NCBI GenBank assembly: GCA_016874975.1
Contig: VGSQ01000004.1
Location: 1-61,641 of the forward strand
Reading direction: 5' to 3'
Origin: Deltaproteobacteria bacterium
GTDB taxonomy: Bacteria > Desulfobacterota > Desulfobaccia > Desulfobaccales > 0-14-0-80-60-11
DNA: 61,641 nucleotides
Shown here: positions 37,507-47,724 of the stretch, piece by piece
How positions within the stretch are numbered: position 1 is the first letter of the stretch
How the letters are laid out: each line of letters begins with the position of its first letter
Notes under the pieces: model-generated
The model's input: the letters and a program-made list of their open reading frames with translations, nothing else
Told to the model about the DNA's origin: nothing
Database searches by the model: none
Position numbers and translations under genes: made by a program

Positions 37507-38611
37507 ACGCGGACTGGAAGAAAAGACCTACGTCCTCAACCTGGGCCCCCAGCACCCCTCCACCCACGGGGTGCTCCGGGTGGAGCTGGAGATGGAGGGC
37601 GAGTTCATCACCAAGGCGGACCCGGACATCGGCTACGGCCACCGGGGCCACGAGCACATGGCCGAGAACCGCAACTACCAGCAGTTCCTCCCCAACCTGG
37701 GGCGGGTGGATTACCTGCACGCCCTGGCCTACAACCAGTGCTACTGCATGGCGGTGGAGAAACTGCTGGGCCTCAAGGTGCCGGAGCGGGCCGAGTTCAT
37801 CCGGGTCATCACCGGGGAGATGAACCGCATCTCCAGCCACCTGTTGTGGCTGGGGGCCTACCTCCTGGACCTGGGGGCCTTCACCCCCATCCTGTACTGC
37901 TTCGACGACCGGGAGCACATCCTGGACCTGCTGGACCGGGTCACCGGCTCCCGCCTGACCTATTGCTACTACCGGTTCGGCGGGGTGCCCCAGGACATCG
38001 ACGAGGAGTTCGTGGCCGGCACCCGGGAGTTCATCAAGCGCCTGCGCACCCGCTTCCGGGACTACGACAACCTGGTGACCAAGAACGTCATCTTCATCCA
38101 CCGCACCAGGGACGTGGGCATCATCACCCAGGAACAGTGCCTGGAGTACGGGCTCACCGGCCCCATGGTGCGGGGCAGCGGCATCCCCTACGACATCCGC
38201 AGGAGTGAGCCCTATTCCGCCTATCCGCTCTTCGACTTCGAGATTCCCATCGGCTCCAAGGGCGACATCCTGGACCGCTACCTGGTGCGGGTCAAGGAGA
38301 TGGAGCAGAGCCTGCGCATCATCGAGCAGGCCCTGAACAAGCTCCCCGAGGGCCCCATCATGGCGGAGAAGGTGCCCAAGCGCATCAAGCCCGCGGAAGG
38401 CGAGGTCTACGCCGCGGTGGAGGCCGCCCGGGGCGAGTTCGGCTGCTATGTCGTCAGCCAGGGGGAGGTGAAACCCTACCGCATCAAGCTGCGGGTCCCC
38501 TCCTTCGCCAACCTCAGCATCCTGCCCGAGTTGTCCGTGGACACCCTGGTGGCCGACCTGGTGGCCATCCTGGGGTCCATCGACGTGGTGGTGCCGGAAA
38601 TTGACCGGTAG
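37499..38611 (+). CDS. nuoD: NADH-quinone oxidoreductase subunit D
   Basis: NLGPQHPSTHGVLR, GYGHRG, RVDY, D.V..EIDR C-terminus; no Ni-binding CxxC pairs. Confidence 0.96.
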   Translation: MLERGLEEKTYVLNLGPQHPSTHGVLRVELEMEGEFITKADPDIGYGHRGHEHMAENRNYQQFLPNLGRVDYLHALAYNQCYCMAVEKLLGLKVPERAEFIRVITGEMNRISSHLLWLGAYLLDLGAFTPILYCFDDREHILDLLDRVTGSRLTYCYYRFGGVPQDIDEEFVAGTREFIKRLRTRFRDYDNLVTKNVIFIHRTRDVGIITQEQCLEYGLTGPMVRGSGIPYDIRRSEPYSAYPLFDFEIPIGSKGDILDRYLVRVKEMEQSLRIIEQALNKLPEGPIMAEKVPKRIKPAEGEVYAAVEAARGEFGCYVVSQGEVKPYRIKLRVPSFANLSILPELSVDTLVADLVAILGSIDVVVPEIDR

Positions 38612-38630
38612 GACTTAGAGAGCGACCGCT

Positions 38631-39605
38631 ATGGAATTTCTCACGCAAATGCTCGGCGCTGACGTGGCCCGCATGGTGGTGGGCCTCATCGCGATAATCG
38701 CCCTGGTGTCCGTAAACGCCCTCTTCCTCATCTGGATGGAGCGCAAGGTGGCGGCCCACATGCAGCTCAGACCCGGCCCCATGGAAGTGGGCTGGCACGG
38801 GGCCGTCCAGACCGTGGCCGACGCGGTCAAGCTCATGGGCAAGGAGCTCATCACGCCGACGGACGTGGACCGGCCGGTGTACCACCTGGCCCCCATCGTC
38901 ATCTTCCTGCCCGTCCTGCTCTCCTTCCTGGTGATCCCCTTCTCCCAGACGCTCATCATCCGGGACATGAACGTGGGGGTGCTGCTGATCCTGGCCTTCG
39001 CCTCCCTCACGGTGCTGGCCATCCTCATGGCGGGCTGGGCCTCCAACAACAAGTATTCCGTGCTGGGCGCCATCCGTTCGGTGGCCCAGACAGTGGCTTA
39101 CGAGATTCCCCTCCTCATCACCCTGATGAGCCCCATCCTCATGGTGGGGTCCTTCAGCCTGGCGGACATCGTCGCGGCTCAGGAAAGATACTGGTTCGTG
39201 CTGACCCAGCCCCTGGCCTTCATCCTTTATATCGTCTGCGCCACCGCGGAGACCAACCGGGCGCCCTTCGACCTGCCCGAGGCCGAGAGTGAACTGGTGG
39301 CCGGGTTCCACACCGAGTACTCCGGCATGAAGTTCGGCCTTTTCTTCCTGGCGGAATACACCAACATGTTCATCGTCTCCGCCCTGGCCACCATCTTCTT
39401 TCTGGGGGGCTGGCGGGGGCCCTTCCTGCCGGGGATTTTCTGGTTCCTGATCAAGGTCTACGCCATCATCTTCCTGCTGATGTGGTTCCGCTGGACCTTC
39501 CCCCGGGTGCGTTTCGACCAGCTCATCACCTTTGCCTGGAAGATACTCATCCCGTTGGCCTTTGCCAATCTGCTCATCACCGCCCTGATCATGAAGCTCA
39601 GATAA
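38631..39605 (+). CDS. nuoH: NADH-quinone oxidoreductase subunit H
   Basis: [45 protein letters not shown]. Confidence 0.97.
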   Translation: MEFLTQMLGADVARMVVGLIAIIALVSVNALFLIWMERKVAAHMQLRPGPMEVGWHGAVQTVADAVKLMGKELITPTDVDRPVYHLAPIVIFLPVLLSFLVIPFSQTLIIRDMNVGVLLILAFASLTVLAILMAGWASNNKYSVLGAIRSVAQTVAYEIPLLITLMSPILMVGSFSLADIVAAQERYWFVLTQPLAFILYIVCATAETNRAPFDLPEAESELVAGFHTEYSGMKFGLFFLAEYTNMFIVSALATIFFLGGWRGPFLPGIFWFLIKVYAIIFLLMWFRWTFPRVRFDQLITFAWKILIPLAFANLLITALIMKLR

Positions 39606-39642
39606 GCGCGTCGGCCCCGACGCCTGCGAAGGTGACGATCAA

Positions 39643-40164
39643 ATGATCAACTACTTCAAAGAGATTCTGGTGGGGTTCTGGAGCCTGCTGGCGGGCATGG
39701 CGGTGACCATCCGCTATTTCACCAAGCCCATCGTCACGGTCCAGTATCCCCGGCAAAAGCTCACCATGTCCCCCCGCTACCGGGGCCACACCGAATTCGT
39801 CATCGACGAGGAGACCCGGACCCACCGCTGCATCGCCTGCGAGATGTGCAACCGCATCTGTCCCTCCCAGCTCATCAGTCTGCAGGGGGTGAAGGTGGAT
39901 GCCAAGAAGAAGCTGCCCAGCAGGTACATCATCGCCTACCAGTACTGCAGCCTTTGCGGCCTGTGCGTGGAGGTCTGCCCCACCAAGGCGCTGAAGTGGT
40001 CCGATGAGTACCTGCTGTGCGGCTTCACCCGGGAGGACTCGGAGATCGACCTGTTGCGCCGGTTGCAGGACCAGCAGTACGCCAAGGGCTGGCCCCTGAC
40101 CCCCATTCCCCGGCCCAAGCCGGAAGAGCCGGCCCCCGCCAAGGGTGAGGAGGTGAAGGAATGA
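39643..40164 (+). CDS. nuoI: NADH-quinone oxidoreductase subunit I (2x[4Fe-4S])
   Basis: TVQYP, CIACEMCNRICP, CSLCGLCVEVCP. Confidence 0.95.
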   Translation: MINYFKEILVGFWSLLAGMAVTIRYFTKPIVTVQYPRQKLTMSPRYRGHTEFVIDEETRTHRCIACEMCNRICPSQLISLQGVKVDAKKKLPSRYIIAYQYCSLCGLCVEVCPTKALKWSDEYLLCGFTREDSEIDLLRRLQDQQYAKGWPLTPIPRPKPEEPAPAKGEEVKE

Positions 40165-40694
40165 ACTTGCTGAGCTGGCTCATCAGCCCCCCGGGGGTAG
40201 CCACGGTGGCCTTCATCCTGGTGGTGGTCGTCACCATCCTGGGGGCTCTGATCGCCGTGTCCGCCCGGAACATCTTCCACAATGTGCTGGGGCTGGTCCT
40301 GGCCCTCATCGGCGTTGCCGGACTGTTCCTCTTTCTCAACAGCCCCTTCGTGGCCATGATGCAGATTCTCATCTATGTGGGGGCCGTGTGCATTGCCATC
40401 TGCTTCGCCATCATGCTCTCCGAGCCCATGTACCTGCCCAAGCCGCCCCGCAGTTCCTTCAAGACCCTGGGGGCCGTCATCGGGGCGGGCACGGTCTTCG
40501 CCTTCCTGGTGCTCCTCACCAAGAAGACCACCTGGACGCCGGCCCCGGAGCGCAGCACCGATTGGTCCGTCACCACCATGGGACATTATCTGCTCACCGA
40601 GTACGTCCTCATCTTTGAGGTCATCTCGCTGTTGCTCCTGGTTGCCATGCTGGGCGCCATCGTCATCGCCCGGGGCGGCCGCGGCGCGTCCTGA
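40161..40694 (+). CDS. nuoJ: NADH-quinone oxidoreductase subunit J
   Basis: QILIYVGAV, FEVISLLLLVAMLGAI. Confidence 0.93.
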   Translation: MNLLSWLISPPGVATVAFILVVVVTILGALIAVSARNIFHNVLGLVLALIGVAGLFLFLNSPFVAMMQILIYVGAVCIAICFAIMLSEPMYLPKPPRSSFKTLGAVIGAGTVFAFLVLLTKKTTWTPAPERSTDWSVTTMGHYLLTEYVLIFEVISLLLLVAMLGAIVIARGGRGAS

Positions 40695-40709
40695 GAACCG
40701 AGGTTGCCA

Positions 40710-41027
40710 ATGCTCCTGTTCAACCAGCTGGAAACCTACCTTTACGTGGCCCTGGTGCTGTTTTTCATCGGTCTCTACGGCGTCCTGGCGCGGCGCAACC
40801 TCATTGCCATCCTCATTTCCGTGGAGCTGATCCTGAACGCCGCCAGCCTCAACTTTATGGCCTTTAACCGCTTCCTGGCGCCCCACCCCGCGGTGGGCCA
40901 GGTCATCGCCCTGTTCATCATGGCCGTGGCCGCCGCGGAAGCGGCCATTGCCTTGAGCATCATCATCGCCGTGTACCGCAAACTCAAGTCCGTCAACGTG
41001 GAACAAGCCACCGAGCTTAGGGGTTAA
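40710..41027 (+). CDS. nuoK: NADH-quinone oxidoreductase subunit K
   Basis: RRNLI..L.SVELILNA, VAAAEAAI. Confidence 0.96.
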   Translation: MLLFNQLETYLYVALVLFFIGLYGVLARRNLIAILISVELILNAASLNFMAFNRFLAPHPAVGQVIALFIMAVAAAEAAIALSIIIAVYRKLKSVNVEQATELRG

Positions 41028-41029
41028 CC

Positions 41030-43015
41030 ATGGATCCCATTCTCCTGGGTTGTCTGTTGTGTGTGATCCTGCCGTTGGTGGCCTTCGGCCTGATCATGAT
41101 CTTTACCTGGAGGCGGCCCAACCTCTCCCTGGCCATCTCCCTGGTCGCCTCCACCATCCCCTTGATCATCGCCTGGACGATGCTCTTCAAGCTGTGGGGT
41201 ATCAAGGAGCCCCTCATCTTTACCTTCAACTGGCTGGTCTCCGATCTGGTGAAGGTGCCCTTCGGCTTCCTCATCGACCCGGTGAGCCTCATCATGCTGG
41301 TCATCGTGGCCACCATCAGCTGGCTCATCCAGATTTACTCCATCGGCTACATGGGCGGGGACCCGGGCTTCGGCCGCTACTACGCCGATCTCTCGCTGTT
41401 TGCCATGTCCATGCTGGGCCTGGTGATCTCCAGCGGCCTGTTGCAGCTTTATGTCTTCTGGGAGCTGGTGGGCCTGTCCTCATACCTGCTCATCGGCTTC
41501 TGGTACGAAAAGTTCTCGGCCTCGGAGGCCGGCAAGAAGGCCTTCGTGGTCACCCGCTTCGGGGACGTGGGCTTCTTCATGGGGCTGGTCTTCCTGACGA
41601 TCTTCTTCGGCAGTCTGGACATCGCCGGCCTCAACGCCGCGGCGGCCTCGGACAAGATGCCCCCCTGGCTCATCACCACCTCGGCCCTGCTGATTTTCTG
41701 CGGCATCGCCGGCAAGAGCGCCCAGTTCCCCATCCACGTCTGGCTGCCCGACGCCATGGAAGGCCCCACCCCCGTTTCGGCCCTGCTGCACTCCGCCACC
41801 ATGGTGGCCGCGGGCGTCTATCTGCTGACCCGCATCTTCCCCTTCATGGCGGCTTCGGCCACCGCCATGCTCATCATCCTGGCCATCGCCACCCTCACCA
41901 TGATCCTGTCCTCCACCATCGGCATGGTGGCCACGGACATCAAGCAGGTCTGGGCCTACTCCACGGTGAGCCAGTTGGCCTTCATGGCCATGGGGCTGTC
42001 CGCCGCCGGCCTGGCCCACGGCACGCTGTTCGCCGGGTATTTCCACCTCACCACCCACGCCGCCTTCAAGGCCCTGCTCTTCCTGTGCGCCGGCGCTTTC
42101 ATCCACCATTTCGGCACCAACAACTTCTTCGTGATGAGCAAGGAGGGGGGGCGCAAGCTCACCATCCCCATGGTGACGGTGACCATCGCCGCCCTGGCCC
42201 TGTGCGGCATCTTCCCCATGGCCGGCTTCTTCAGCAAGGAGCTCATCCTGGGCACGCTGGCCCACCTGGACAACAAGATCTGGGTGCTCCTGGGCCTTTT
42301 CGGCGCCTTCCTGACCTCTTATTACACCTTCCGGGTGATCTTCGTGATGCTCTTTCCCCGGGCCGACGACCACCCGGCCTGGGAGCAGTATTGGGAGGAG
42401 CCTGAGCCCCACGGCCACGGGCACGGCGACGACGCCCACGGCCACGGGCATGGGGACGCGCACGCCCACGATGACGCCCACGGCCATGGCCACGGCGGCC
42501 ACGGCGACTCCCACGGCGTGCCCTGGGTCATGTCCTTCCCCCTGCTGGTCCTGGCCGGTTTCACCCTGGTCCTGGGCTTCCTGCAGACCCCCCTGGAGAC
42601 CTTCCTCCTGGGCAAGTCCGAACCCCATGAGATGAGCTTCGTGCTGCTGGCCTCCGCGGTGGGCGTGGCCCTGGCCGGCATCGGCATGGCCTGGCTGGAT
42701 TGGGGCCGCAAGACCGCGTCGTGGCAGGGCTTCATCAAGCAAATCCCGGCCCTGGAAACCTTTTTCATCCAGAAGTGGTACATTGACCACTTCTGGCGCT
42801 GGTTCCTGGACACTTTCATCTACGGCGTCTTTTCCAAGTGGTTCACTTACAACGACCGGCGGGTGGTGGACGGCGGCGTGGACGCCGTGGCCTTTTCCTG
42901 CATCGGCGGCGGCCGCTGGCTCTCCTTCATCCAGACCGCCTTCCTGCAGTTCAACCTGCTGTTCATGGTCGTGGTCCTGGCTGCAGTCGGGATCTATCTC
43001 CTGATGGGTCGCTGA
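41030..43015 (+). CDS. nuoL: NADH-quinone oxidoreductase subunit L (with His-rich loop)
   Basis: WELVGL.SYLLIGF, GKSAQFP.H.WLPDAMEGPTPVSALLHSATMV, HAAFKALLFL. Confidence 0.97.
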   Translation: MDPILLGCLLCVILPLVAFGLIMIFTWRRPNLSLAISLVASTIPLIIAWTMLFKLWGIKEPLIFTFNWLVSDLVKVPFGFLIDPVSLIMLVIVATISWLIQIYSIGYMGGDPGFGRYYADLSLFAMSMLGLVISSGLLQLYVFWELVGLSSYLLIGFWYEKFSASEAGKKAFVVTRFGDVGFFMGLVFLTIFFGSLDIAGLNAAAASDKMPPWLITTSALLIFCGIAGKSAQFPIHVWLPDAMEGPTPVSALLHSATMVAAGVYLLTRIFPFMAASATAMLIILAIATLTMILSSTIGMVATDIKQVWAYSTVSQLAFMAMGLSAAGLAHGTLFAGYFHLTTHAAFKALLFLCAGAFIHHFGTNNFFVMSKEGGRKLTIPMVTVTIAALALCGIFPMAGFFSKELILGTLAHLDNKIWVLLGLFGAFLTSYYTFRVIFVMLFPRADDHPAWEQYWEEPEPHGHGHGDDAHGHGHGDAHAHDDAHGHGHGGHGDSHGVPWVMSFPLLVLAGFTLVLGFLQTPLETFLLGKSEPHEMSFVLLASAVGVALAGIGMAWLDWGRKTASWQGFIKQIPALETFFIQKWYIDHFWRWFLDTFIYGVFSKWFTYNDRRVVDGGVDAVAFSCIGGGRWLSFIQTAFLQFNLLFMVVVLAAVGIYLLMGR

Positions 43016-43016
43016 T

Positions 43017-44489
43017 ATGACCGAGCATCTGGCATCCTTCCCCTATCTGTCGTGCATGTTGCTGTCCCCGGTGGCGGGACTCTTCATCCTCCTCTTCCTC
43101 AAGGAGGAGCAGCGGACCCTGATCCGGGGCGTCTCCCTGGTCTCAGCGGGCATGGCCTTCGCTCTTTCCATTTACACCTTCGTGGCTTACGACAAGCAAC
43201 TGGGAGGGCTCCAGTTCGTCGAAAAGTACGAGTGGGTGAAAGGCTTCGGCATCACCTACTTCGTGGGTGTGGAAGGCATGAACGCCCCGCTGCTGCTCCT
43301 CACGGGCATCGTCATCTTCACCGGCGTGCTCACCATGTGGGAATTGCAGGACCGGGTGAAGGAGTACTTCATCTTCCAGCTCGCCCTGGTGACGGGGGTC
43401 TTCGGCGTCTTCATGTCGTATGACCTGTTCTTCTTTTTCCTCTTCTATGAGATCGCCGTGGTGCCCATGTATATCCTCATCCTCATCTGGGGCTCCACCC
43501 GCAAGGAATACGCCGCCATGAAGCTGACGCTCTACCTCATGGCGGGCAGCGGTCTCATCATCCCGGGCATGCTGCTGCTCTACTCCAGTTCCGGGATCGC
43601 CACCTTCAACATGGTGGCCCTGCACGCGGTGCAGTTCTCCCCCTGGATTCAGAAGGTGGTCTTCGTGTTGCTGCTGCTGGGCTTCGGGGTGCTGGCCGCG
43701 GTCTGGCCGTTCCACACCTGGTCTCCCGTGGGCCACGTGGCCGCGCCCACCGCGGTGAGCATGCTCCACGCCGGCGTGCTCATGAAGCTGGGCTCCTTCG
43801 CCATCCTGCGGGTGGCCATGTACCTGTGCCCCCAGGGCTTCCAGTACTGGGCCGAATTCATGGGGCTGCTGGCCGCAGTGGGCATCGTCTACGGCGTCTT
43901 TGTGGGCCTGGCCCAGACGGACTTGAAGTACGTCATCGGCTATTCGTCCGTCTCCCACATGGGCATCGTCGGCCTGGGGCTGGCCACCGGCACGGTGGAC
44001 GGCTTAAACGGCGCGGTCTTCCAGATGTTCGCCCACGGCGTCATGACCGCCCTCTTCTTCTCCGCGGTGGGCTTCATCTACGACCGCACCCACACCCGGG
44101 AAATCCACGAACTGGGGGGCTTCAGTAAAATCATGCCCGTGGCCTCCGCCTTCTTCATCACCGCCGCCCTGTGCGGCGCCGGGGTGCCGGGCATGGCCAG
44201 TTTCTGGGCGGAGCTCTTGGTGCTCATCGCCGCGGTCCAGGTCTTCCCGGTGCGGGGTCTGGCCGCCATCGCCGCCCTGGTGGTGGGGGCCCTGTTCGCC
44301 CTCCGGGTGGTGCAGAACACCTTTTTCAACAAGCCCAACCCCAAGTTCGTCCACTTTGAAGACGTGAGCCCCTTCCTGGGACTGCCCCGGATGATCCTGA
44401 TCGGCTTCCTGATCTTCTTCGGGATCTTCCCCCAGACCATGGTAAGTCTGATTAAAACTTCCATCGTACCCTTCATCAAGGGAATGTGA
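43017..44489 (+). CDS. nuoM: NADH-quinone oxidoreductase subunit M
   Basis: FYE...VPMY, PFHTW, LMKLG, YSSVSHMG, QMFAHG. Confidence 0.95.
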   Translation: MTEHLASFPYLSCMLLSPVAGLFILLFLKEEQRTLIRGVSLVSAGMAFALSIYTFVAYDKQLGGLQFVEKYEWVKGFGITYFVGVEGMNAPLLLLTGIVIFTGVLTMWELQDRVKEYFIFQLALVTGVFGVFMSYDLFFFFLFYEIAVVPMYILILIWGSTRKEYAAMKLTLYLMAGSGLIIPGMLLLYSSSGIATFNMVALHAVQFSPWIQKVVFVLLLLGFGVLAAVWPFHTWSPVGHVAAPTAVSMLHAGVLMKLGSFAILRVAMYLCPQGFQYWAEFMGLLAAVGIVYGVFVGLAQTDLKYVIGYSSVSHMGIVGLGLATGTVDGLNGAVFQMFAHGVMTALFFSAVGFIYDRTHTREIHELGGFSKIMPVASAFFITAALCGAGVPGMASFWAELLVLIAAVQVFPVRGLAAIAALVVGALFALRVVQNTFFNKPNPKFVHFEDVSPFLGLPRMILIGFLIFFGIFPQTMVSLIKTSIVPFIKGM

Positions 44490-44491
44490 CC

Positions 44492-45904
44492 ATGAACGTG
44501 CTGCTCTTCGGACCGGAACTCTTTTATCTGGGCATGGCCCTGGTGCTCTTCTTCTTCAGCTTGCAGCGGCGGGTTCAGGTGGAACGGACCTATTGGGCCG
44601 CCCTGGGACTGGCCGCCGCAGGCTTCGTGGTGGCGCTTTACTGCCTGTTCCAGAACGGCGAGATCTTCTTCCGGGCTTACAAAGTGGACCTGTTCAGTCA
44701 GATCTTCAAAGCCGCCCTGGCCCTGGGACTCTTCCTGGTGATGATGATCTCCCGGAACCTGGCCCACATCGAGCCCCGCTACCACGCCGAGTTTTTCTTC
44801 TTTCTCACCACCTGCACCTTGGGCATGATGATGCTGGTCAGCTCCGTGGAGCTCCTCACCATTTACGTCGCCCTGGAACTTTCCTCCTATTCGCTTTACA
44901 TCCTGGTCCCCCTGCGCAAAGGCGACGGCCTCGACGTGGAAGCGGGCATCAAGTACCTCTTCATCGGCGCCGTCTCCTCGGGGTTCATGCTCTTCGGGCT
45001 GGGGTACATCTTCGGGGCCACCCACAGCACCTACCTCTCGGAGATCATCCCCCGGATGCCCGAGCTGCTGGCCAGCCCCATCGGCCTGGTGGGCCTGCTC
45101 CTCACCCTGGCCGGTCTGTTCTTCAAGTTGAGCGTCTTCCCCTTCCACTTCTGGGCCCCGGACGTTTACCAGGGCGGCGCCAACCAGGTCGTCACCTTCA
45201 TCGCCACCGCCTCCAAGGCCGCGGCCGTGGCCGTCATCCTGCGCCTGGCCATGCTGGGCGCCAAATACGGCTACAGCTTCACCCAGGCCCTGGTGGTCCT
45301 CTCCATCGTCTCCATGACCCTGGGCAATCTGGTGGCCATCATCCAGAAAGACTTCAAGAGAATGCTGGCCTACTCCTCCATCGCCCACGCCGGCTATGTG
45401 CTTATAGGCGTCATCACCTTCCAGGAGTTGGGCTACGCCAGCGCGGTGTACTACGCCCTGGCCTACCTGGTGATGAACTTCACCGTCTTCATGGTGCTCT
45501 CGGAGGTGGCCACCGACGGCCAAGACCTGAAAATCGAAGAACTGGCGGGGCTTTACTCCCGCAGCCCGCTGCTCACCATGAGCCTCATTCTGGGCATCTT
45601 CGCCCTGGCCGGGGTGCCGCCCTCCATCGGCTTCACCGGCAAGCTGCTGCTGTTCACTTCGGCCATGAACGAAGGCTACTTCTGGCTGGTGCTCATCGGC
45701 GCGGTGAACGGCACCGTGTCCCTCTACTACTATTTGAAAGTGGTGTACGCCGCCTACTTCCTGGAACCCAGGCAGGGGCCGCTGCAGCTCTCCTGGCCCA
45801 CCAAGGCCTTGAACTGGACCCTGTGCAGCGCCATCCTGGTCTTCGGCGTGTTCCCGGACGGCCTCGTGGAACTGGCCCGGACCGCGGTCAGAATGGTCCT
45901 GTGA
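44492..45904 (+). CDS. nuoN: NADH-quinone oxidoreductase subunit N
   Basis: EAGIKY, FKLSVFPFHFWAPDVYQG, KRMLAYSSIAHAGY. Confidence 0.96.
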   Translation: MNVLLFGPELFYLGMALVLFFFSLQRRVQVERTYWAALGLAAAGFVVALYCLFQNGEIFFRAYKVDLFSQIFKAALALGLFLVMMISRNLAHIEPRYHAEFFFFLTTCTLGMMMLVSSVELLTIYVALELSSYSLYILVPLRKGDGLDVEAGIKYLFIGAVSSGFMLFGLGYIFGATHSTYLSEIIPRMPELLASPIGLVGLLLTLAGLFFKLSVFPFHFWAPDVYQGGANQVVTFIATASKAAAVAVILRLAMLGAKYGYSFTQALVVLSIVSMTLGNLVAIIQKDFKRMLAYSSIAHAGYVLIGVITFQELGYASAVYYALAYLVMNFTVFMVLSEVATDGQDLKIEELAGLYSRSPLLTMSLILGIFALAGVPPSIGFTGKLLLFTSAMNEGYFWLVLIGAVNGTVSLYYYLKVVYAAYFLEPRQGPLQLSWPTKALNWTLCSAILVFGVFPDGLVELARTAVRMVL

Positions 45905-45955
45905 CGGAACCCGAGTCCCGGGGAGGCCCGGCCTCCCCTGTTTGCACATATAAGC

Positions 45956-45980
45956 GCCCTGCCCCGGCAGGGCTTTTTTT
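45956..45980 (+). terminator. Intrinsic terminator of the nuo operon
   Basis: GCCCTGCC-CC-GGCAGGGC followed by T7. Confidence 0.85.
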
Positions 45981-46059
45981 ATGACTTGGCATCCTTACCG
46001 GGGTAGGCCCCGGTGTTCCGCCACGGGACCTGCGGCAAGTGAGGGCGCCCTGTCGGCGC

Positions 46060-46092
46060 AAAAAAAATGGAGAGGCGCAGCCCCTCCATTTT
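46060..46092 (-). terminator. Intrinsic terminator after the lipoprotein gene
   Basis: AAAATGGAG...CTCCATTTT hairpin next to an A8 run (T8 on the minus strand). Confidence 0.65.
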
Positions 46093-46119
46093 GTCGTGGG
46101 TCAGTTCCGAACCGGCGGT

Positions 46120-47280
46120 TTATCGTCCCGCTTTCACCTTGTCGTTGGGCTTGAAGGGGCCGCCGCTGATGACCGTGGCCACCGCGCCGCTGTCGCCCAG
46201 AAGCTCCGTCACCCTGAGGTCGCCCTGGGGCACATCCGCGGTGAAACCCAGGGAGGCATGGGTGGTGGGGTTGACCACCTCTTTGCCGGGGCTCACCACC
46301 TTGAGGCGGTCGCCCACCTTGAGCCCCGCGTTCTGACCCAGGCTGAGGTAGACTTTCCCCTCCTTGACAAACTCCACCCGGCCGAACCAATCCAGGTTCA
46401 CCAGCTCCGCGGCCACCCGTAGGGCGTTAGCCTGGGCGAACTTGGCGGCCGCGTCGGACTTGAGGCCGTCGGGGTCGGCCGGCTGCACGAAGGCCTGGAC
46501 CTTGTTGCCCAGGAAGGTGTCATACACCTCCAGGGCCATGACCCCGGCGCCGCCCCTATCCGGCGGATAGACCCCGGTGAGGACCAGGGCCTGCACCCCC
46601 GTGGCGTCCCCCAGGGCCTGGAGGTTCTGGCGGTGCGTCAGCTTGCCGTATACCTTGGCCCGACCCAGGGCGCTCCGCACCTGTTCCGGGTCCATCACCT
46701 TGATGTCCTTCTGGCGGGCCAGGGCCTGGGCCAGACCCAGGGCCAGGGTGCGGTTCAGGCCGTCATACTGGCGGGGCGCGTCCGGGTTGGGGAAGACGGC
46801 CACGGCCCGCCCGGTGTAAGGCGCCCGCTCGGTCTTGCCCCGTGACACAAAGCCCCCCAGCCCCTGCTCCCGCAGGACCCGGTCCACCTCCTGGCGCACC
46901 AACTCCTGGAGCTTGTCCGGCGGCACCGCGCCCTTGGCGGCCTTGGCCTGTTCCCTTCCCAGGGCCTTGGCCAGGGCGTTGATCATATGCTGCTGTAACC
47001 CCACAAACTCCCTGCCCTTTTCCACGTAAAAATATTCGGGCTGGTTGGGATAGGTGAGATAGTAGGGGTTGCGGCTGCGGACGTAGGGCTTGCCGTCCAC
47101 CATCACCTGCTCTTCCTGGGCCTCCGGCGGCGCCACTTCTTCATCATCCGTCGGCCTGCCGTAGCCCGCCCATTCCTTCAACCTGGCGCCCGGTTTGGTG
47201 CCGCAGCCGCTCAGCACCAGGGCGGCGGCCAGCCACAGCGCCAACAACAACCCCAAAGTTCGCCAGACGTTTCGCTGCAT
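46120..47280 (-). CDS. Lipoprotein with a FlgT-C-like C-terminal domain
   Basis: Lipobox VLSGC; W.GRV..V..GKVYLSLG.NAGLKVGD.L.V pattern. Confidence 0.7.
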   Translation of the reverse strand: MQRNVWRTLGLLLALWLAAALVLSGCGTKPGARLKEWAGYGRPTDDEEVAPPEAQEEQVMVDGKPYVRSRNPYYLTYPNQPEYFYVEKGREFVGLQQHMINALAKALGREQAKAAKGAVPPDKLQELVRQEVDRVLREQGLGGFVSRGKTERAPYTGRAVAVFPNPDAPRQYDGLNRTLALGLAQALARQKDIKVMDPEQVRSALGRAKVYGKLTHRQNLQALGDATGVQALVLTGVYPPDRGGAGVMALEVYDTFLGNKVQAFVQPADPDGLKSDAAAKFAQANALRVAAELVNLDWFGRVEFVKEGKVYLSLGQNAGLKVGDRLKVVSPGKEVVNPTTHASLGFTADVPQGDLRVTELLGDSGAVATVISGGPFKPNDKVKAGR

Positions 47281-47295
47281 CGGTGGTTCCTTTAT

Positions 47296-47706
47296 CTCGT
47301 TCCCAAGCTCCCGCTTGGGAACGCCATTGCCGCCCAAGCTTTGCTTGGGACCAGCCACCATATCCTGAATCCTCTCATTCCCCCGCTCATCTTCCGGCCA
47401 AGCGGGTTCCCAAGCAGGAGCTTGGGAACCAGGGATGGTGCGCGGTGCGCACCCTACACTAAACTTGGGAACCAGGGCGCGAGGCCCTTACAATCACAGG
47501 AGTCTCAGCACGGCAACAGCTCCACGAAGCTTTGGGCCTCGCCTCGTTCCCAAGCTCCCGCTTGGGAACGCCATTGCCCCCCAAGCTCTGCTTGGGGACT
47601 ATTCCGGGGGTCTGCATCAAATGCCTGCCAAGCGGAGCTTGGCGTCCATGTGCGTTCCCAAGCAGGAGCTTGGGAACCAGGGATGGTGCGCAGAGCGCAC
47701 CCTGCG
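47296..47706. repeat. Two tandem ~163-bp REPIN-like units (47296-47457, 47543-47706)
   Basis: Each unit: CTCGTTCCCAAGCTCCCGCTTGGGAACGCCATTGCC..CCAAGCT.TGCTTGGG, a variable core, then GTTCCCAAGCAGGAGCTTGGGAACCAGGGATGGTGCGC...GCGCACCCT. Confidence 0.9.
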
Positions 47707-47724
47707 GGATGCTTCCCAAAAACA

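Noticed and set aside
37499-38611. Group 4 [NiFe]-hydrogenase large subunit
   Set aside because: No N- or C-terminal CxxC nickel ligands; the motifs are NuoD-type.
47296-47706. Possible CRISPR array
   Set aside because: Only two long units made of inverted palindromes, no regular repeat-spacer period, no cas genes, and the same arms are dispersed across the window.
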